Below the pieces are notes generated by a model that worked only from the letters and a program-made list of their open reading frames with translations, searched no databases and had not been told where the DNA came from. A stretch of 64,000 nt of DNA from Chromatiales bacterium. GTDB lineage: Bacteria > Pseudomonadota > Gammaproteobacteria > Granulosicoccales > Granulosicoccaceae. The DNA lies in assembly GCA_020631335.1 (NCBI GenBank), contig JAHDHK010000001.1, positions 7,836 through 71,835 of the forward strand, given 5' to 3'. How positions within the stretch are numbered: position 1 is the first letter of the stretch; each line of letters begins with the position of its first letter. Made by a program: the position numbers and the translations under genes. Below are positions 39,634 to 49,541 of this stretch, in pieces.

Positions 39634-39718
39634 TTTATGACATTGCCATCCAGTTACAATCCATGTTCAACACCAATACCTGTGAATAATGTTCAAGATT
39701 TAAGGATGGCATAGCCCA

Positions 39719-40648
39719 GTGCAAGATCGTTACAACGAAATGCTGGTCTTCTCCAGAGTTGCCACCCTGGGAAGCTTTTCTGCCGCTGCCCGAGAACTCG
39801 ATCTCACTCCGTCGGCAGTCAGCAAGCTCATTTCCAGGCTAGAGGACAGGCTGGGTGTACGGCTTTTTCAGCGCACCACCCGAAGCCTGAGACTGACGGA
39901 TGAAGGCAGCATGTTCCTCGATAGCTGCCGGGACATTCTGCTCGACATCGAGCGAGCCGAGCTGGAAGTAGCCGCTCTGCAAAGCCGGGTCACCGGAACG
40001 CTGAACGTGACTGCAATCAGTGCTTTTGCACGGACGCAGCTGTGTAAGGTGATGCCCGCATTTATGGCCAAGCACCCTGACCTCAGGGTGGAGCTGTCGT
40101 TGACTGAAAGACAGGTAGATCTGATCAGCGAGCACATTGACATGGCAATTCTGATCAGCGAAGAGGTCATTGATCAGTCACTGATCAGTCGCAAGCTCGC
40201 CACCAATAAACGGGTGATCTGTGCATCCCCGGACTATATCAAGAAATTCGGCGCCCCCGAAACGCCGGAAGATCTGCTAAAACATAACTGTCTTACACAC
40301 TCTTCTATTCATCATTTCAACGACTGGCAGTTTCGCGATGGAGACGACATCAAAGTATTAAGCATTCAGGGTAACTTCAGAACCAATAGCGCCTCAGCAC
40401 TCCATGAAGCTGTTAAGGCCGGTATAGGGATTGCCAGACTTGCGACCTTCGTCACACAACCATCCCTCGATTCGGGGGAATTAGTACCTCTTTTAACTGA
40501 ACATACCCACGATACTTCGAATATACTTGCTGTTTACCCGCACAGGCGGCACCTAAGTACTCGAGTGCGTGCTTTCATCGATTTCCTGATCGAAGAATTT
40601 ACACCGGTTCCTCCGTGGGACGCTCAGTCAAACCAGCAACGGGATTAA
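39719..40648 (+). CDS. LysR-family transcriptional regulator
   Basis: GTG start. EMLVFSRVATLGSFSAAARELDLTPSAVSKLISRLE wHTH. About 300 aa. Confidence 0.9.
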   Translation: MQDRYNEMLVFSRVATLGSFSAAARELDLTPSAVSKLISRLEDRLGVRLFQRTTRSLRLTDEGSMFLDSCRDILLDIERAELEVAALQSRVTGTLNVTAISAFARTQLCKVMPAFMAKHPDLRVELSLTERQVDLISEHIDMAILISEEVIDQSLISRKLATNKRVICASPDYIKKFGAPETPEDLLKHNCLTHSSIHHFNDWQFRDGDDIKVLSIQGNFRTNSASALHEAVKAGIGIARLATFVTQPSLDSGELVPLLTEHTHDTSNILAVYPHRRHLSTRVRAFIDFLIEEFTPVPPWDAQSNQQRD

Positions 40649-40787
40649 TACTTCATGCGCAGTTTTCACGATATTGATGCCGGACCAGTTCAGTTGTTTT
40701 TTTGTGTCGAGCTGCATACAAGTTTTCTGACGCATAGCCGTTAGTTTTTTGTAAGGGCCCAGCGCTGAAACCAAAAAACAGGAACTT

Positions 40788-41330
40788 GTGTCGTTGATTT
40801 CTCTTGCTTGCTTTCGGACTGTCGCCGCTGCCGCGACACTTAATCTCGCGTCAGTCATTGTTGCCGCTGCCGTATCGTATGCTGATCCACAGTGCCATCG
40901 CGTAGACGCCTATTGGGAAACCAATCTATCCAAGCTGGTAGAGAATCTCGGTGAGTGCGATAAAAAAAGCTGGCAGAAGTGCAGCCAGGCAGCCGCCATT
41001 CACTATGATCTGAACACGGGCTCGCTGTTCCAGCGTGCGCAGGCCTGCGGCTTATCAAAGCCAATCACACCGGGCTTTGACTTTACCAGTTACCAGGAGT
41101 CAGACAGCCAGGAATGCATGCAGGACAGAGATGCATTGCGTGAGGCTTATGAAATCAGAACACAGGCACGAATAGCCTGCGCAGAGGCTCGCGCCGGCGG
41201 CGATAATCAGGAATGGCTTGATTCCCAGTGCGCTTACTATCGCTCACAGATGGCTAACTATCACACACCGTTCAGGCAGATGTCTCAATCCTGCCAGATA
41301 AACTACCGTGAGTTACTGGCGCTTCGCTAG
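40788..41330 (+). CDS. Secreted Cys-rich hypothetical protein
   Basis: Hydrophobic N-terminus and eight or more cysteines. No family recognised. Confidence 0.45.
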   Translation: MSLISLACFRTVAAAATLNLASVIVAAAVSYADPQCHRVDAYWETNLSKLVENLGECDKKSWQKCSQAAAIHYDLNTGSLFQRAQACGLSKPITPGFDFTSYQESDSQECMQDRDALREAYEIRTQARIACAEARAGGDNQEWLDSQCAYYRSQMANYHTPFRQMSQSCQINYRELLALR

Positions 41331-41334
41331 TCCA

Positions 41335-42231
41335 TCAGCGGCCCACTGACTGCCGCGCCCTCTGCTTCTCCCGATCAAACTCGTCACGCCTTCGGCTAAG
41401 TTCCGCAGAGCTGAGTTTATCAATATTGCAGTAGTCTTCTTTCCACGATGGATCTGCGGACCACTGCTGCGGTGATTGCACAGTGGTTCGGGCTGCGGGC
41501 GCACGGCCCAGTAATTGAAGCGCGAGCATCAGTGTATCCAATTGCGACGAGACGTCATGCGGCTTACCAGCGCCGTTGCCGAGCGGAAAATCACTGAATA
41601 GAAAGCGTGGCACCCCCACCCGCTCTACAATGTCTTTCGCACACCCCATGATCACCGTGGCAATACCGGCGGCTTCCAGTTGCACCGCAGCCAGACTGAC
41701 AGACTGATGACACACGGGACAATTCGGTACCAGCAGGCAGGCATCTGCACCACTTTGCAGCACCTGGCTGACCAGCATGGGACAATCGACCTCTATAGTA
41801 GTTTTGTGACTACGGTTGGTTGGCAGACCGAAAAACTGATCACCTACCCGGCCGACGACACCGTGCGCGGCAATCTGTCGCAATTGCTGCAAAGGAAACC
41901 AACTGGCCATGTCTGTTGCCGGACTATGCGCACGGTCGTAAGCAATATGAGAAATGCATAATTCCGGTGCAGGTTCAGTTGCCGCGGTGTAAACAGAAAA
42001 AAACTTTGCTGCGCCGTTATACGGCGCATCAGGGCCTTGATCGCCAGCACCCTGTTTAAAGGGCGCGGCAGTAGTGACGATTGCTATCGTACTTTCAGAC
42101 AAACTTTTTTTTAACGGCGAATAAGGCACATCGGCGTTGACTGCCCACCGATAAGGTGTGGCGTAACCAAGCGCAAGATAATACTCGCGCACCCGCTGAA
42201 TATAGCTGATTGGAAAATTGTCGATTTCCAC
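41335..42231 (-). CDS. GrdB/PrdB-family (glycine/sarcosine/betaine/D-proline reductase component B-like) protein, Cys form
   Basis: IAIVTTAAPF and ACLLVPNCPVCHQSVSLAAVQLEAAGIATVIMGC resemble the region that carries Sec in clostridial selenoprotein B. Here it reads Cys-x-x-Cys. Assigned from memory of the family pattern. Confidence 0.45.
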   Translation of the reverse strand: MEIDNFPISYIQRVREYYLALGYATPYRWAVNADVPYSPLKKSLSESTIAIVTTAAPFKQGAGDQGPDAPYNGAAKFFSVYTAATEPAPELCISHIAYDRAHSPATDMASWFPLQQLRQIAAHGVVGRVGDQFFGLPTNRSHKTTIEVDCPMLVSQVLQSGADACLLVPNCPVCHQSVSLAAVQLEAAGIATVIMGCAKDIVERVGVPRFLFSDFPLGNGAGKPHDVSSQLDTLMLALQLLGRAPAARTTVQSPQQWSADPSWKEDYCNIDKLSSAELSRRRDEFDREKQRARQSVGR

Positions 42232-42246
42232 GCCAGACCAATGCTA

Positions 42247-43560
42247 CTACTGCTGTGTGCGCTCGGGCAGCAACCCGCGCGGATTAAAACGCAGCGCCAG
42301 GAGCAAAATCAACCCCATGGTTATCAGGCGCATATGGGCGGCAGATTCAAGCAGATGCGTTCTCAATGCCGAGTCATCCGCCATACCGGCGGTCAGTACA
42401 TCCATCAGCCACAAGCCCAGCGGTTCTGCCTCAATCCAGAAAAACCAGATAACAAATCCACCCAGCACTGCGCCCCAGTTATTACCGGATCCGCCCACTA
42501 TCACCATGACCCAGATCAAAAAAGTAAACCTTAAAGGCTGATAGCTGGATGGAGTCAACTGACCGTCGAGCGTAGTCAGCATCGCGCCGGCAATACCAAC
42601 CACAACAGACCCCAGAACAAACACCTGCAAGTGACGGGCGGTAACATCTTTACCCATGGCACTGGCAGAGACTTCGTTGTCTCTGATTGCCCGCATCATG
42701 CGACCCCACGGTGAACGCAGGGCCCGCTCGGACAGCCACAACACCAGCAATAACACAACGGCAAACAGCCCTGCGTAGCAGAGCTTGACGAAGATACTCG
42801 AAAAGGTGACCGGGTCTGTTCCCAGTCTTTCACACAGATCGAGAAACCATTGCGTGTTCTGCAGATTGACTTCGTAGGGTACCGGGCGGGGAAGCCCCGT
42901 GACATTTTTAACGCCACGTGTCATCCAGTCTTCATGCTTGAGTACGGCGACAATAATTTCGGAAATGCCGAGCGTTGCTATGGCCAGATAGTCCGAACGC
43001 AGTCCGAGCGTAATTTTACCGACAAACCAGGCAACACCTCCGGCCAGCAACCCGCCCAGCGGCCAGGCCAGAATAATCGGCAAGCCCAGCCCACCCAGGT
43101 ATCCGGAAGCCGCCGGATTCACTTTTTCAATGACTTTGGTGGTCGGGTCAAAGTAGATGCGCAGCAGCACATAACCGGCAATAACTACCAGCATAATCGC
43201 TGCGGTTCTCAGTCCGTTTTTGGGGAGTTTGCGATACAGAGTGATGGCAATGATCAATGTCAGCAAAAAGATCCCCATACCTACCCAGGCACCGCCACCC
43301 GCTGCCGTCCATGCTTCCTGAACCGGTGGCATTGACACCAGCATCGCCATCAGCCCACCGAGCGCAGCAAAGCCCATAACGCCCACATTGAACAGACCGG
43401 CATAACCCCACTGCATGTTCACACCCAGCGCCATCACAGAAGAGATAAGGCAAAGGTTGAGAATGGACAGGGCAAGATTCCAGCTTTGCATCTGGCCGAC
43501 TAATACAATCAGCCCTGCCATCACAGCAAAGTAAAAAATATTTCTCAGTGAGGTGATCAT
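42247..43560 (-). CDS. livM: Branched-chain amino acid-type ABC permease (LivM-like)
   Basis: 437 aa polytopic protein. Overlaps the livH-like gene by 4 bp. Confidence 0.85.
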   Translation of the reverse strand: MITSLRNIFYFAVMAGLIVLVGQMQSWNLALSILNLCLISSVMALGVNMQWGYAGLFNVGVMGFAALGGLMAMLVSMPPVQEAWTAAGGGAWVGMGIFLLTLIIAITLYRKLPKNGLRTAAIMLVVIAGYVLLRIYFDPTTKVIEKVNPAASGYLGGLGLPIILAWPLGGLLAGGVAWFVGKITLGLRSDYLAIATLGISEIIVAVLKHEDWMTRGVKNVTGLPRPVPYEVNLQNTQWFLDLCERLGTDPVTFSSIFVKLCYAGLFAVVLLLVLWLSERALRSPWGRMMRAIRDNEVSASAMGKDVTARHLQVFVLGSVVVGIAGAMLTTLDGQLTPSSYQPLRFTFLIWVMVIVGGSGNNWGAVLGGFVIWFFWIEAEPLGLWLMDVLTAGMADDSALRTHLLESAAHMRLITMGLILLLALRFNPRGLLPERTQQ

Positions 43561-44570
43561 ACGGATTTCCCCCTGAATATACCGGTGGGCCGGAACAACA
43601 GCACCATCAGCAGTATCAGAAAGCTCACAGCAAACTTATAGTTGGTAGACAACAACTGCATCAACCCATCGGCCTTCCAGTCACCCGGCACTATGTAGTT
43701 TGCAAATTTTTTGTATGCATAGGTCACTGTAATTTCAGAGAAGGCAATGACAAAACCACCTGCAATCGCACCAATAGGATTACCGAGTCCGCCGACAATA
43801 GCTGACGCAAATATAGGGAGAAGCAACTGGAAATAGGTAAACGGCTTAAACGACTTGTCGAGCCCGTACAAGGTACCTGCAATAGTGGCAAGAGCCGCCG
43901 CCAGTATCCAGGTAACCGCTACCACTCGATCAGGATTAATACCGGATAACAATGCCAGGTCTTCGTTGTCAGAATACGCGCGCATAGACTTGCCGGTGCG
44001 GGTTTTGTTCAAGAACCAGAACAGTGCCGCTACCACAATGATCATCGTCACCACAGTAATACTCTGGGAGACTTTGATGGATATCCCTTCCGACAGCCCC
44101 GTCAACTGCTTGAATTCACGCGCCTTGATGATGAAACGCTCACCATCCGCGAAGTTCTGATCATCCGGCCCGATGATAAAACGCACAAGACCGTTCATGA
44201 CAAACATGACGCCTACCGAAGCGATCACAAAAATCACCGGATCGGCACGTTTGGCTCGATGAAAGCGATACACCACGCGATCACAAAACAATACAAACAA
44301 GGCGCACACAGCGATGCCGAACGGCAACGCCAGTAATGCGGTCGGCAGCGGTCCCAAGGACAACCCAAGGGATTGAAACCACCAGGTAAACAGAATGGTG
44401 ATCATGGTGCCGAAGGCCATGGTGTCACCGTGGGCGAAATTTGAAAATCGCAATATGCCGTATATCAATGTAACGCCCAAAGCACCGAGCGCTAACTGAC
44501 TGCCATAAGCGATGGCAGGTACAATTACAAAGTTAGCGAGCAGCGCCGCAGCGTTTAATGGGTCCGACAT
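43557..44570 (-). CDS. livH: Branched-chain amino acid-type ABC permease (LivH-like)
   Basis: 337 aa polytopic protein, adjacent to the livF-like gene. Confidence 0.85.
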   Translation of the reverse strand: MSDPLNAAALLANFVIVPAIAYGSQLALGALGVTLIYGILRFSNFAHGDTMAFGTMITILFTWWFQSLGLSLGPLPTALLALPFGIAVCALFVLFCDRVVYRFHRAKRADPVIFVIASVGVMFVMNGLVRFIIGPDDQNFADGERFIIKAREFKQLTGLSEGISIKVSQSITVVTMIIVVAALFWFLNKTRTGKSMRAYSDNEDLALLSGINPDRVVAVTWILAAALATIAGTLYGLDKSFKPFTYFQLLLPIFASAIVGGLGNPIGAIAGGFVIAFSEITVTYAYKKFANYIVPGDWKADGLMQLLSTNYKFAVSFLILLMVLLFRPTGIFRGKSV

Positions 44571-45275
44571 TTACCCTCCGAGAAAGCTTTTGCGTACTTC
44601 CGGATCATTCAGCAATGCCTCTCCGGTATCTGTATATCGGTTGCGGCCCTGCACCAGCACGTAACCCTTGTCGGCAATGTTGAGCGCCTGCCTGGCATTC
44701 TGCTCTACCATCAGTATAGAAATACCGGTTTTAGCCACTTCGATAATACGATCGAACAACTCATCCATAACGATCGGTGAAACACCTGCAGTCGGTTCAT
44801 CAAGCATTAACAACTGTGGCTGAGTCATCAGTGCACGACCTACCGCTACCTGTTGTCGCTGACCACCTGATAGCTCACCGGCATTCTGCCGACGCTTTTC
44901 TTTCAGTATTGGAAAAAGGCTGAACACCTGCTCCATGGTGCCGGCAATATCGTCGCGTCGTAAAAAAGCCCCCATTTCCAGATTCTCTTCAACAGACATC
45001 GACGGAAAAACATTATTATTCTGCGGAACAAACGCCATACCGCGAGAAACCCTGTCCTGCGGGGTCAGCCGGGTAATATCTTCACCATCCAGATACACGC
45101 TGCCCAATCGCAGATCCAGCATACCGAACACCGCTTTCATGGCAGTGGATTTTCCCGCACCATTGGGACCTACAATGACTGCAATTTCACCTTTTTCAGC
45201 AGCTATTGTGCATTCATGGAGAATATCAGCACCGCCATAACCACCCGTCATCTTCTCTGCAAGCAGGAAGCTCAT
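44571..45275 (-). CDS. livF: ABC ATP-binding protein (LivF-like)
   Basis: GPNGAGKST, LSGGQRQQVAVGRAL, LLMLDEP. Confidence 0.9.
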   Translation of the reverse strand: MSFLLAEKMTGGYGGADILHECTIAAEKGEIAVIVGPNGAGKSTAMKAVFGMLDLRLGSVYLDGEDITRLTPQDRVSRGMAFVPQNNNVFPSMSVEENLEMGAFLRRDDIAGTMEQVFSLFPILKEKRRQNAGELSGGQRQQVAVGRALMTQPQLLMLDEPTAGVSPIVMDELFDRIIEVAKTGISILMVEQNARQALNIADKGYVLVQGRNRYTDTGEALLNDPEVRKSFLGG

Positions 45276-46048
45276 GATGCCGCCTTGTTTTTCAACCCGG
45301 TACCCAGGTAAGCCTCGATCACTTGTTCATTGGATTTAATTTCATCAATGGTACCCTGAGTCAACACCGCTCCTTCAGCCATCACAATTACCGGGTCACA
45401 GAGCCGTCCAATGAAATCCATATCGTGTTCGATCACACAAAAGGTATAACCCTTCTCTTTGTTTAACCTGATGATGGCATCACCAATGGTATTCAGCAAA
45501 GTGCGGTTTACGCCCGCTCCGACCTCATCAAGAAAGACAATTTTTGCATCGACCATCATGGTGCGACCGAGCTCGAGCAGTTTTTTCTGACCACCCGACA
45601 GGTTACCTGCAAGCTCTTCTGCGACATGCCCGATTTGCAGAAATTCGATCACCTCTTCAGCTTTCTGCCGAACAACCTGCTCCCGTGCTTTGACTTTTTT
45701 TGGCCGGAGCCAGACTTCTCTTAAAGACTCGCCTGCCTGATCGGCCGGCACCATCATGAGATTTTCACGCACGGTAAGCGATGAAAACTCATGTGCTATT
45801 TGAAAAGTTCGCAGCATGCCTTTGTGAAAAAGCTCATGCGGGGGCAAGCCGGTAATGTCCTGATTGTCGAGAGTCACCTTACCTGAAGTCGGCTTATAGA
45901 CACCGGCAATCACATTAAAGAGTGTGGTCTTGCCCGCGCCGTTGGGACCGATCAGACCGGTAATTGAGCCCTGCTCAATGTCGAGGGATGCATGATTTAC
46001 CGCTGTTATGCCGCCAAACTGCTTAACCAGATTGTCTACTTTAATCAT
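45272..46048 (-). CDS. livG: ABC ATP-binding protein (LivG-like)
   Basis: GPNGAGKTT, LSGGQKKLLELGR, IVFLDEVGAG. Confidence 0.9.
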   Translation of the reverse strand: MIKVDNLVKQFGGITAVNHASLDIEQGSITGLIGPNGAGKTTLFNVIAGVYKPTSGKVTLDNQDITGLPPHELFHKGMLRTFQIAHEFSSLTVRENLMMVPADQAGESLREVWLRPKKVKAREQVVRQKAEEVIEFLQIGHVAEELAGNLSGGQKKLLELGRTMMVDAKIVFLDEVGAGVNRTLLNTIGDAIIRLNKEKGYTFCVIEHDMDFIGRLCDPVIVMAEGAVLTQGTIDEIKSNEQVIEAYLGTGLKNKAAS

Positions 46049-46075
46049 CGGGAATTAACGGTTACTGAGAAACGG

Positions 46076-46114
46076 CAAAACCAAAAGCACTGCGCCAGCC
46101 GCAATGGCTGGCGC
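46076..46114 (-). terminator. Intra-operon terminator/attenuator after the binding-protein gene
   Basis: GCGCCAGCC-gcaat-GGCTGGCGC, a 9-bp perfect stem at 46092-46114, followed by UUUUGGUUUUG on the minus-strand RNA. A second 9-bp hairpin, ATGGCTTGC/GCAAGCCAT, lies at 46149-46172. Confidence 0.5.
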
Positions 46115-46211
46115 AATGAACAAAACAGGCGACAGGTATTTCACACGGATGGCTTGCGTTAATGCAAGCCATACCTCTGTGCATTCATCACGCCTTTTTT
46201 TAGCCGCGCTA

Positions 46212-47411
46212 CTAGCGATAGCCTACGGTTGAAAGCGCACCGTCTTTGATTTCTATCTCACGATAGTTACCGGCACTCTCTCCAGCGCCAATCAATTCGA
46301 CATTGGAAGCACCAACGTAGTCGATGTCACCACCGCCGGCTAGAATCTCCAGCGCTTTAGCCAGCTCACCGGGAAGAATCTGCTCACCGGGTGCATTAGC
46401 TACCTCCATGACTTTGCCTTTATAGTCAGCCGGGTCCATGGAACCTGCGGCCTGCATAGCAAGCATAATCAACGCAGCAGCATCATAACTTTCACCAGCA
46501 AACGGTGACGTACCGTCGTAGCCTTCAGCGCTGTCTGCGAATAGACCCGCACCTTCGCTGTCAGTACCCGGCGCCTGACCGAAAGAACCGTTCAGATCTG
46601 AACCAATGGCCGCTGGTAGTGAGTCACCCACCATACCGTCAGGCAATACGAAAGTATCAAAAGCGCCTGTATCCAGTGATCCCTGAATAATGCCTTTACC
46701 ACCCTGATCAATGTAACCGGCAACGACCAGCACTTCACCACCGGCGGAAGCCAGTGCACCGACTTCAGCGGCGTAGTCTGCTTTGCCATCTTCGTGAGAG
46801 GCTGAAATCGTGACTGTGCCACCGGCGGCTTCAAACGCTGTCTGGAATGCATCTGCCAGACCTTTACCGTAATCGTTGTTGGTGTAGGTTACTGCAACTT
46901 CTTTTATACCACGGTCCATGATGACTTCGGTCATCACGACTCCCTGCCGTGCATCGGAAGGTGCGGTTCTGAAAAACAGGCCGTTATCTTCAACGGTGGA
47001 AAGCGCCGGAGAAGTGGCTGAAGGTGAAATCATCACCATGCCGTTAGGGACAGCGACATTGGTCAGTGCAGCGGTAGTCACACCGGAGCAATCACCACCA
47101 ACGACGCCTGAGACTTTATCAGAGGTAATCAGTCGCTCGATCGCTGCGGTGGCAGCCGCCGCGTCGATGCAGGTGGTATCTGCTCTGATTGCTTCGACTG
47201 TTTTACCGTCGAGAAATTTCCCGGAATCAGAAACTTCGGCAATCGCCTGCTCGGCACCGGGTGCCATATTTGCCACCAGCGATTCGATTGGACCGGTGAG
47301 GCCCAGAAAAACGCCGATCTTAACGTCGGCATGTCCGCCGGCCTGCGATAGTCCCGCCGCGCCAAGGCTGGCTGCAACTAATGTAGGTAGAATTAACTTT
47401 TTCATATTCAC
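46212..47411 (-). CDS. Periplasmic Leu/Ile/Val-type (type I PBP) substrate-binding protein
   Basis: Signal MNMKKLILPTLVAASLGAAGLSQA followed by VKIGVFLGLTGP. First gene of the liv-type operon. Confidence 0.85.
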   Translation of the reverse strand: MNMKKLILPTLVAASLGAAGLSQAGGHADVKIGVFLGLTGPIESLVANMAPGAEQAIAEVSDSGKFLDGKTVEAIRADTTCIDAAAATAAIERLITSDKVSGVVGGDCSGVTTAALTNVAVPNGMVMISPSATSPALSTVEDNGLFFRTAPSDARQGVVMTEVIMDRGIKEVAVTYTNNDYGKGLADAFQTAFEAAGGTVTISASHEDGKADYAAEVGALASAGGEVLVVAGYIDQGGKGIIQGSLDTGAFDTFVLPDGMVGDSLPAAIGSDLNGSFGQAPGTDSEGAGLFADSAEGYDGTSPFAGESYDAAALIMLAMQAAGSMDPADYKGKVMEVANAPGEQILPGELAKALEILAGGGDIDYVGASNVELIGAGESAGNYREIEIKDGALSTVGYR

Positions 47412-47612
47412 TCTCTCGAAGGATGGATTTCTTTTACCGTACCCTCCCTAGGTACCCGACATGTGTCGGCGTTATCCATAACGCACAGGTGGGCCTTCGA
47501 ACAGACGAAAGGCGCCGCCATTGCGGCTATTCTGACACGTATTAAAGAGAATGGGTATTTGAAGTCGAACAACACGACGCGTTCGGAGCGTTGCAGAGGC
47601 GGGAGTAGATAA

Positions 47613-47688
47613 TGGCGTCCCCTAGGGGATTCGAACCCCTGTTACCGCCGTGAAAGGGCGGTGTCCTAGGCCTCTAGACGAAGGGGAC
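47613..47688 (-). tRNA. tRNA-Glu (anticodon UUC)
   Basis: The reverse complement reads GTCCCCTTCGTCTAGAGGCCTAGGACACCGCCCTTTCACGGCGGTAACAGGGGTTCGAATCCCCTAGGGGACGCCA. This is a cloverleaf with a CT-TTC-AC anticodon loop and encoded CCA, nearly identical to E. coli tRNA-Glu. Confidence 0.97.
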
Positions 47689-47782
47689 GCAGGCTTGCAA
47701 CAGCAAGCGGCGAAATATAGAGCTCCACGAGCAAATTGTCAACTGTCGAGCGGCAGATTAACGGTTCTTTTTTGCAATCGAT

Positions 47783-48706
47783 CTAAAATTGAACGACGAC
47801 ATTCTTACCCTGACGTTTTCCCATCAGCAAGGCACTGTCTGCGCGCAGAAAACTCTCATCCAGTGCCTCTGCACGATTAACTTTCGTCAGACCGATAGTG
47901 GTGGTAATTGAAATGCGATGGCAATCCGTGACTACGGTCAGGTCCTGAACCGCGCGTCGAATAGCATCTGCTCTGTGCAAGCCCCCGTCAGCAGCGCTGC
48001 GGCGAAAGGCAATCACAAATTCATCGCCGCCATAGCGATAGACAGAACCCTCACAACCGGCCTGCACGGTCAGTAACCGGGCGAATTCGCACAGCACATG
48101 ATCACCGGTTGCATGGCCGTATTGATCGTTGATCAACTTAAAACTATCGACATCGCACACGAGCATAGAATGTACGGAATGAGCTTGCTCGGCCCCGGAC
48201 AGCAACAAATCCAGTGATGCTCTGTTTCTGACACCGGTTAATGCATCGTGATAAGCGGACTGCCACACGCGCAGATACTTCAACGCATTGTTTAACGGCC
48301 CGCAGAAAGACTCGACAAGGAAATTTGCCTTTTTGATTTCAGATGACAAAAATTGATGGTCACGCCGGACCACCAGCACACCGAGCGACTGCTCTTCAAA
48401 TGCCAGCGGGTAGCGCAGAATGAAACTGCGGCTAGGGACGACACAGGATGTGTCTGATGTATCCAGTTCTGCCGTATCCAGCGACAGCTCGAGCCCCGGG
48501 TTCTCCAGGCTGATGTGCACACCGGGAAGTGGCTGGCAAAGTCGCGCCCAGAACTCGTTAAACAACTCACCCACATCCAAATGACGATAAAGCGAGCTCG
48601 CATGGATCGCCGTTATAGACTCCGTTTGAACTCGTTTTTCGCCGACTTGTGCGGCAACGGGTGGTTTTTCAAGAGCTGGTTCCACCAACTCCGATAAAGC
48701 TGTCAT
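47783..48706 (-). CDS. Diguanylate cyclase (GGDEF) with an N-terminal GAF-like sensor region
   Basis: Active site RYGGDEF and DALTGVRNR. No RxxD I-site is seen five residues upstream of GGDEF. Confidence 0.85.
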   Translation of the reverse strand: MTALSELVEPALEKPPVAAQVGEKRVQTESITAIHASSLYRHLDVGELFNEFWARLCQPLPGVHISLENPGLELSLDTAELDTSDTSCVVPSRSFILRYPLAFEEQSLGVLVVRRDHQFLSSEIKKANFLVESFCGPLNNALKYLRVWQSAYHDALTGVRNRASLDLLLSGAEQAHSVHSMLVCDVDSFKLINDQYGHATGDHVLCEFARLLTVQAGCEGSVYRYGGDEFVIAFRRSAADGGLHRADAIRRAVQDLTVVTDCHRISITTTIGLTKVNRAEALDESFLRADSALLMGKRQGKNVVVQF

Positions 48707-48747
48707 GTCCTCTTTCCGAAATCAAAAAAAACGGGCTTCATTAATGC

Positions 48748-48776
48748 AAAAAGCGCTCCAGAAAACTGGAGCGCTT
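48748..48776 (-). terminator. Rho-independent terminator downstream of fliA
   Basis: AAGCGCTCCAG-aaaa-CTGGAGCGCTT, an 11-bp perfect stem. On the minus-strand RNA it is followed by UUUGCAUU. Confidence 0.65.
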
Positions 48777-48803
48777 GGAATTTTCTACTTTTGAATAACG
48801 ATT

Positions 48804-49541
48804 TTAGTCTGGTTCTATTGCTGTCCAGTCTGACAATCGAGCTTTTAGCCGGATCAGTGCCTGACCGTGTATTTGACATACCCGGCTTTCGCTGACCCCC
48901 AGAATCTCACCAATTTCGCGCAAATTTAGGTCTTCATCGTAATACAGCGACATCACCAGGCTCTCACGCTCCGGCAGGTTTTTGATGGCGTTGGCGAGTG
49001 CTGTTTTAAAACTCTTGCGATACATGTTTTCGGATGGACCAATATCCTTGCTCTCGGGCAAAGCAATCGTCTCACCGGTGTTTTCGTCAGGCTGATCAAA
49101 GCTGAATATGTGCGCAGACATACTTTCGGTCAGTATTTGATGGTACGCGCTGAGCGATATACCCAGACGCGAAGCCACCTCGGTATCGACCGCGTCGCGC
49201 CCCGTTTCCTGCTCGATATGACGAAGCGCTTCTGCTGCTTCTCTTGATTTTCGATGTACTGAGCGAGGTGTCCAGTCCGAGCGTCGAATTTCATCGAGCA
49301 TCGCACCCCGTACCCGGATACCTGCGTAGGTTTCGAAACTTGCTCCCTGCGTTGGATCGTACTGCCTTGAAGCTTCGATCAGTCCAATCATACCGGCCTG
49401 AATCAGATCCTCCGCCTGAACATTCGGCGGAAGCCGGTGCATCAGATGGAAGGCAATTCTTTTAACCAGCTTGGCATGCTGAGTGACGAGCTGGTCATCG
49501 GAGACAAGCTCGACGTCGTTGTACATTGCATGAGCATTCAT
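48804..49541 (-). CDS. fliA: RNA polymerase sigma-28 factor FliA
   Basis: Region 2 EDLIQAGMIGLIEASRQYDP and region 4 LNLREIGEILGVSESRVCQIHGQAL. Overlaps fleN by 4 bp. Confidence 0.9.
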   Translation of the reverse strand: MNAHAMYNDVELVSDDQLVTQHAKLVKRIAFHLMHRLPPNVQAEDLIQAGMIGLIEASRQYDPTQGASFETYAGIRVRGAMLDEIRRSDWTPRSVHRKSREAAEALRHIEQETGRDAVDTEVASRLGISLSAYHQILTESMSAHIFSFDQPDENTGETIALPESKDIGPSENMYRKSFKTALANAIKNLPERESLVMSLYYDEDLNLREIGEILGVSESRVCQIHGQALIRLKARLSDWTAIEPD

